64,000 nt of DNA from Amphiscolops sp. MND2022 (taxonomy: Eukaryota), in assembly GCA_964187785.1 (NCBI GenBank), contig OZ076420.1, positions 8,184,001 to 8,248,000 of the forward strand, written 5' to 3'. The translations under genes and the position numbers were made by a program. Shown in pieces: positions 59,951 through 64,000 of the stretch (position 1 is its first letter; each line of letters starts with the position of its first letter). Under the pieces are notes generated by a model that was given only the letters and a program-made list of their open reading frames with translations, was not told where the DNA came from and ran no database searches.

Positions 59951-61023
59951 CTTTTTGACAAAAAATTGTTTCGCTTTAAAAAAAGTCCTTGAGGATGTCA
60001 AAAGACTTCAGGTTATCATGCTTAAGCGAAGACCCGGATAGGACCTGTATCGGCAAAGTTACCGAAGAAATCTTGCAGAAGTGGTGTTGGTATTTTTAAA
60101 CTGTTCAAACTTTTTTGAGATTCCTCAGCTACCCTCCACCTAGCGTTAATTGCATTGATCCTGTCACTGAGTTGTGATCCTCATGCTGCTGTTTAAATTA
60201 GTGCCACAGTTTCGGAGTTTTTGATCATAGAAGTTTTGGTGGATTTTCAACTTATTTTCAGAGACGTTCGTCAACTCGGTTCTTTGCTCAAAACACTGAT
60301 CGCAAGGTCTTTACTGGGTAGGCATTACCCTTTGAGCGTCCTGATAGTGCACGAGTTTTCGGTTGGCGATACTGTTCACTACCTCTGGTGCCGCAAGGTT
60401 CTTGTGCATCATTCTGCGTATAATGAGGACTCGGAATTTGTCTTACGTTTGCAGATGCAACTTGGCTCCACCCTGCTTCCATGCCTGTTAAGTTCTTGAT
60501 TTTTTTCTCTCTGCAATGTTTCTTGTACAAACTGAGTTTTGGGTACACAGACTTTTGGTAACTTCAAATAATTCGAAATAGTTCTTCTTGATATACAATG
60601 CTTTCAGTTCTTTTGTCCGGCTGGCGAGTTCTTTTTTGTCTGATTGATTTCTGTATAATTTTTTTCTTACCGTTGTTTAGACGGCGTTTTCTACTTGGGT
60701 GAAGATTAGTTCACGTTTCCAACAGTTGGATTGTCTGTCTGAGTCCATCATTTGGCGTTTCTTCACAAGGAAAGAATTCTATTTTTTTTCAAAAAAGGTG
60801 GTAAATAAGAATGAAATTGATTGCCCACAAGAGGGTTACGATCTGAGATGAGTCTCTGTGAAAAGAATGGAGCGATAACTTCTGTAAAGACCAAATTAAA
60901 GCTTACACTGCGTTTTTTAAAATCTCTCTCGAATGACAGATAGTCGTCATTAATCTAGAGCCGTTTAGGTCATCAGGTAGGGTGAAAATGACGCACACCC
61001 TTGGTCTGCAACTAAAGAGAAAC

Positions 61024-61447
61024 NNNNNNNNNNNNNNNNNNNNNNNNNNNNNNNNNNNNNNNNNNNNNNNNNNNNNNNNNNNNNNNNNNNNNNNNNNNNN
61101 NNNNNNNNNNNNNNNNNNNNNNNNNNNNNNNNNNNNNNNNNNNNNNNNNNNNNNNNNNNNNNNNNNNNNNNNNNNNNNNNNNNNNNNNNNNNNNNNNNNN
61201 NNNNNNNNNNNNNNNNNNNNNNNNNNNNNNNNNNNNNNNNNNNNNNNNNNNNNNNNNNNNNNNNNNNNNNNNNNNNNNNNNNNNNNNNNNNNNNNNNNNN
61301 NNNNNNNNNNNNNNNNNNNNNNNNNNNNNNNNNNNNNNNNNNNNNNNNNNNNNNNNNNNNNNNNNNNNNNNNNNNNNNNNNNNNNNNNNNNNNNNNNNNN
61401 NNNNNNNNNNNNNNNNNNNNNNNNNNNNNNNNNNNNNNNNNNNNNNN
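61024..61447. other. Assembly gap (424 N)
   Basis: Run of N. Confidence 1.
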
Positions 61448-61779
61448 CCCAGTAGATCGACAGAACCAAAACAGCGAGCAAAAAAATCTCAATACTGCGT
61501 TTAGTGTCGTTTAACGCTGTGTTTATCGTCTTTTTGATTAAAATCGAACAATTGGTATTGGTCACTTTCTCTTGAACGACAACACAACGTTTATACGAAA
61601 TTCATAGAGGTATTCCCTTTAGAATTTACTTATTTAGAATGTGTCTCAGAAATTTGTCAATTGAAAGATTGAGCTGACAAAATTTCGATTCGCGAACGAA
61701 CTTATAGTATAAACATGACGTTTTGTGAACGGGAATTGCGTAGGGGAATGTTCTGGAATGGCGTAGGGGCGGGAATGGG

Positions 61780-62720
61780 GGAAACGGAAATCGGACTAAA
61801 GAAATAGAACTAATGGAATTAGGACTAACATACTCAAAATTTCTGAAACGTTCATGTGAAATAGAACTAATTTCGTATAATCTCAAACAGGAATTAGAAC
61901 TAATTTGTTACAGGAATTGGAACTAAAAACAGGAATTAGAACTAATTTGTTACGGGAATTGGAACTAAAAAAGTGAGAATAGGACCTGAAATGCGGAATG
62001 AGACCCAAGGGGAGAACGGAATAGTATCTAAAGGAATAATATCCAAAATTTTTCAAAGTATAAAACGAGCCTCTGATATTTCCTCATTTCCTCTAGTGCC
62101 CCGCGGCCCCTTGGGGCCGCTAATGTTCCCAACTTGCTAAGCGAGGTCGAACAGGAGCAAAGACCTAGCGGGAACGGAGATCGCGAAGCGATCGTAGTGG
62201 GAGCTGGTCTTTGCGACGGTGAGGGCGAGCGTGCATACACCGAATATGCCCCCACATTAGAAGGGGAAAGTACTGAAAATTTTGTGAGTCATTTACGAAA
62301 CGTAAAAATTTATTCTTGAATAAAATGATTTGAGATCTGGCTATCTTATAAAATCAATGGAAGGAGAAAAATAATGATTGTATCAATTTTTTATTGATCA
62401 ATTGTATTACGTTACTTCTGTACTACTTTCATTGTACTACCACAAAATTTGAATTTTGTACCATGTTTTTATCCGCTTCTGCGTTTTTTGTTGTACCTTT
62501 TTTTATGTTAGATGTTTACAATTGAACATGTCGTGATTTTGTCAATTCGATCTACGTAATTGCAAATTTTCCGTGCCAAAAGTTGTTTTAGTCCTATTTC
62601 AATTAGTCCTATTTCCATTAGTTCTAAGGCGGCACTAAAAAAGAATTAGTCCTATTTCCATTAGTCCTATTTCAGTTTTGATCATTAGTCCTATTTCATT
62701 AGTCCGAATTCCTGTCTCCC
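61780..62720. mobile_element. MITE/foldback-like element with repetitive inverted arms
   Basis: gaactaat/ggactaa motifs at 61790-61990 are mirrored by ttagtcc/ttagttc motifs at 62585-62710. Confidence 0.55.
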
Positions 62721-64000
62721 GGTGGGAATAACGTCTAAGGAATAACGTCTGAAGGAATAACGTCTAAATTTTACTCATTTTTCAGGAATAACGTCTAAAG
62801 ATTTAGACGTTATTCCCGTTTTTTTAGATGTTATTCCCGATTTTGAAATATTGTTTCTTGTGCTGAAAAGTTCTTCCCTTGCTCTAGTTCTCAGGAATGA
62901 ACTATGAAATAATCGAAGGCCACGGAATGCGAGCAAAAGTCTATGTGTCTGGTGGGTATTTGTACCTGAATCGAAAAAAAATATCAAAAAACTATGCAAA
63001 TACGTCCGAAAAAAGGAATAACGTACAAAATCCAGAAAAAACGCTCAAAATATCCGAAAGTCATCGAAATACGACTGAGAAACGAGAAAAACAAATTAAA
63101 TTGGAAAAAAATAAATCGTTCAAGATCTAAAACTAAAAAGTGATATAAAATATAAAACGTGCCTCGGATATGTCCCCATTCCTTCTAGTGCCCCGCGGCC
63201 CCTTGGGGCCGCTTATGTTCCCATCTTGCTAAGCGAGGTCGAACAGGAGCAAAGACCTAGCGGGAACGGAGATCGCGAAGCGATAGTAGTGGGAGCTGGT
63301 CTTTGCGACGGCGAGGGCGAGCGTGCATACACCGCATATGCCCCACTTTTTGATATTTTCGTTTTCAGAAAGCCTTTTTCGAAACGAATAACGTCTAAAA
63401 CTTTAGACGCTTGTCTCAAAAAATGATTTATTTTAGACGTTATTCCCATTTTGTATTTAGATGTTATTCCTCAGACGTTCTTCCCACTGCCACGTATTTT
63501 GAAGATTTTTTGACATTTTAGACGTTTTTGCCAATTTTAGACGTTATTCCCGTTTTTCAGACGTATTTTCATCGTTTTTTGACATTTTAAACGTATGTCA
63601 GTTTTAGACATTATTCCTCTTTTTAGACGTTATTCCGCTTTTTAGACGTTATTCCACTTTTTAGACGTTATTCCCGTATTTTTAGACGTTATTCCCGTTC
63701 ATTTCAGATTTAGATGTTATTCCTTTAGACGTTATTCCCGGTGGACTTTTAGACGTTATTCCTTAGACGTTATTCCTGTTCCCCGGGAATAACGTCTAAA
63801 TTTTACTCATTTTTCAGGAATAACGTCTAAAGATTTAGACGTTATTCCCGTTTTTTTAGATGTTATTCCCGATTTTGAAATATTGTTTCTTGTGCTGAAA
63901 AGTTCTTCCCTTGCTCTAGTTCTCAGGAATGAACTATGAAATAATCGAAGGCCACGGAATGCGAGCAAAAGTCTATGTGTCTGGTGGGTATTTGTACCTG
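62720..64000. mobile_element. Non-autonomous MULE-like DNA with GAATAACGTCTAAA / TTTAGACGTTATTCC minisatellite arms and a FLYWCH-like remnant
   Basis: Many copies of ttagacgttattcc and its complement. ORF 62897-63130 begins MNYEIIEGHGMRAKVYVSGGYLYLNRK. Segment 62755-62967 recurs at 63788-64000. Confidence 0.55.

Noticed and set aside
60000-60500. SWIM/MULE transposase remnant on the minus strand
   Set aside because: The Cys/His ligands are missing and the motif order is inconsistent.
15804-61565. Long ORFs containing X runs (15804, 23796, 60903 and others)
   Set aside because: Artefacts of translating through N gaps.
1-64000. tRNA, rRNA, CRISPR or prokaryotic defence systems
   Set aside because: No such structures were recognised; the DNA is metazoan and transposon-derived.

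Overview
Repeat-dominated animal genomic DNA (spliceosomal introns, TTAGGG repeats) with four N gaps. (1) 1-15944: a PSMD9/Nas2 (proteasome chaperone p27) locus. Three exons splice in frame, but exon B carries a nonsense codon. Intron 1 is 7.6 kb and filled with degenerate retroelement-like DNA. The 3' half of the PDZ exon is amplified into five ~1175-bp tandem units, and a second partial copy of the last exon follows. (2) 16145-32970: a full-length but decayed ~16.8-kb Polinton/Maverick with TIRs, pPolB, packaging ATPase, rve integrase, minor and major capsid, basic core protein and adenain-like protease. Its accessory block contains PC4-like, PLA2-like and HUH-like candidates. (3) 33117-37873: a degenerate Ty3/gypsy element nested in the 5' region of a second retroelement family. 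(4) 37874-59950: three alternately oriented copies of that second gag-protease family, none retaining the RT/RNase H/integrase core. Between copies 1 and 2 lies an accessory block that encodes, by manual alignment, two tandem TARG1/OARD1-like macrodomains plus a long unknown ORF. This is the most interesting signal in the window. (5) 61780-64000: MITE/MULE-like repeats. All protein-family calls come from motif recognition by eye; no searches were run.
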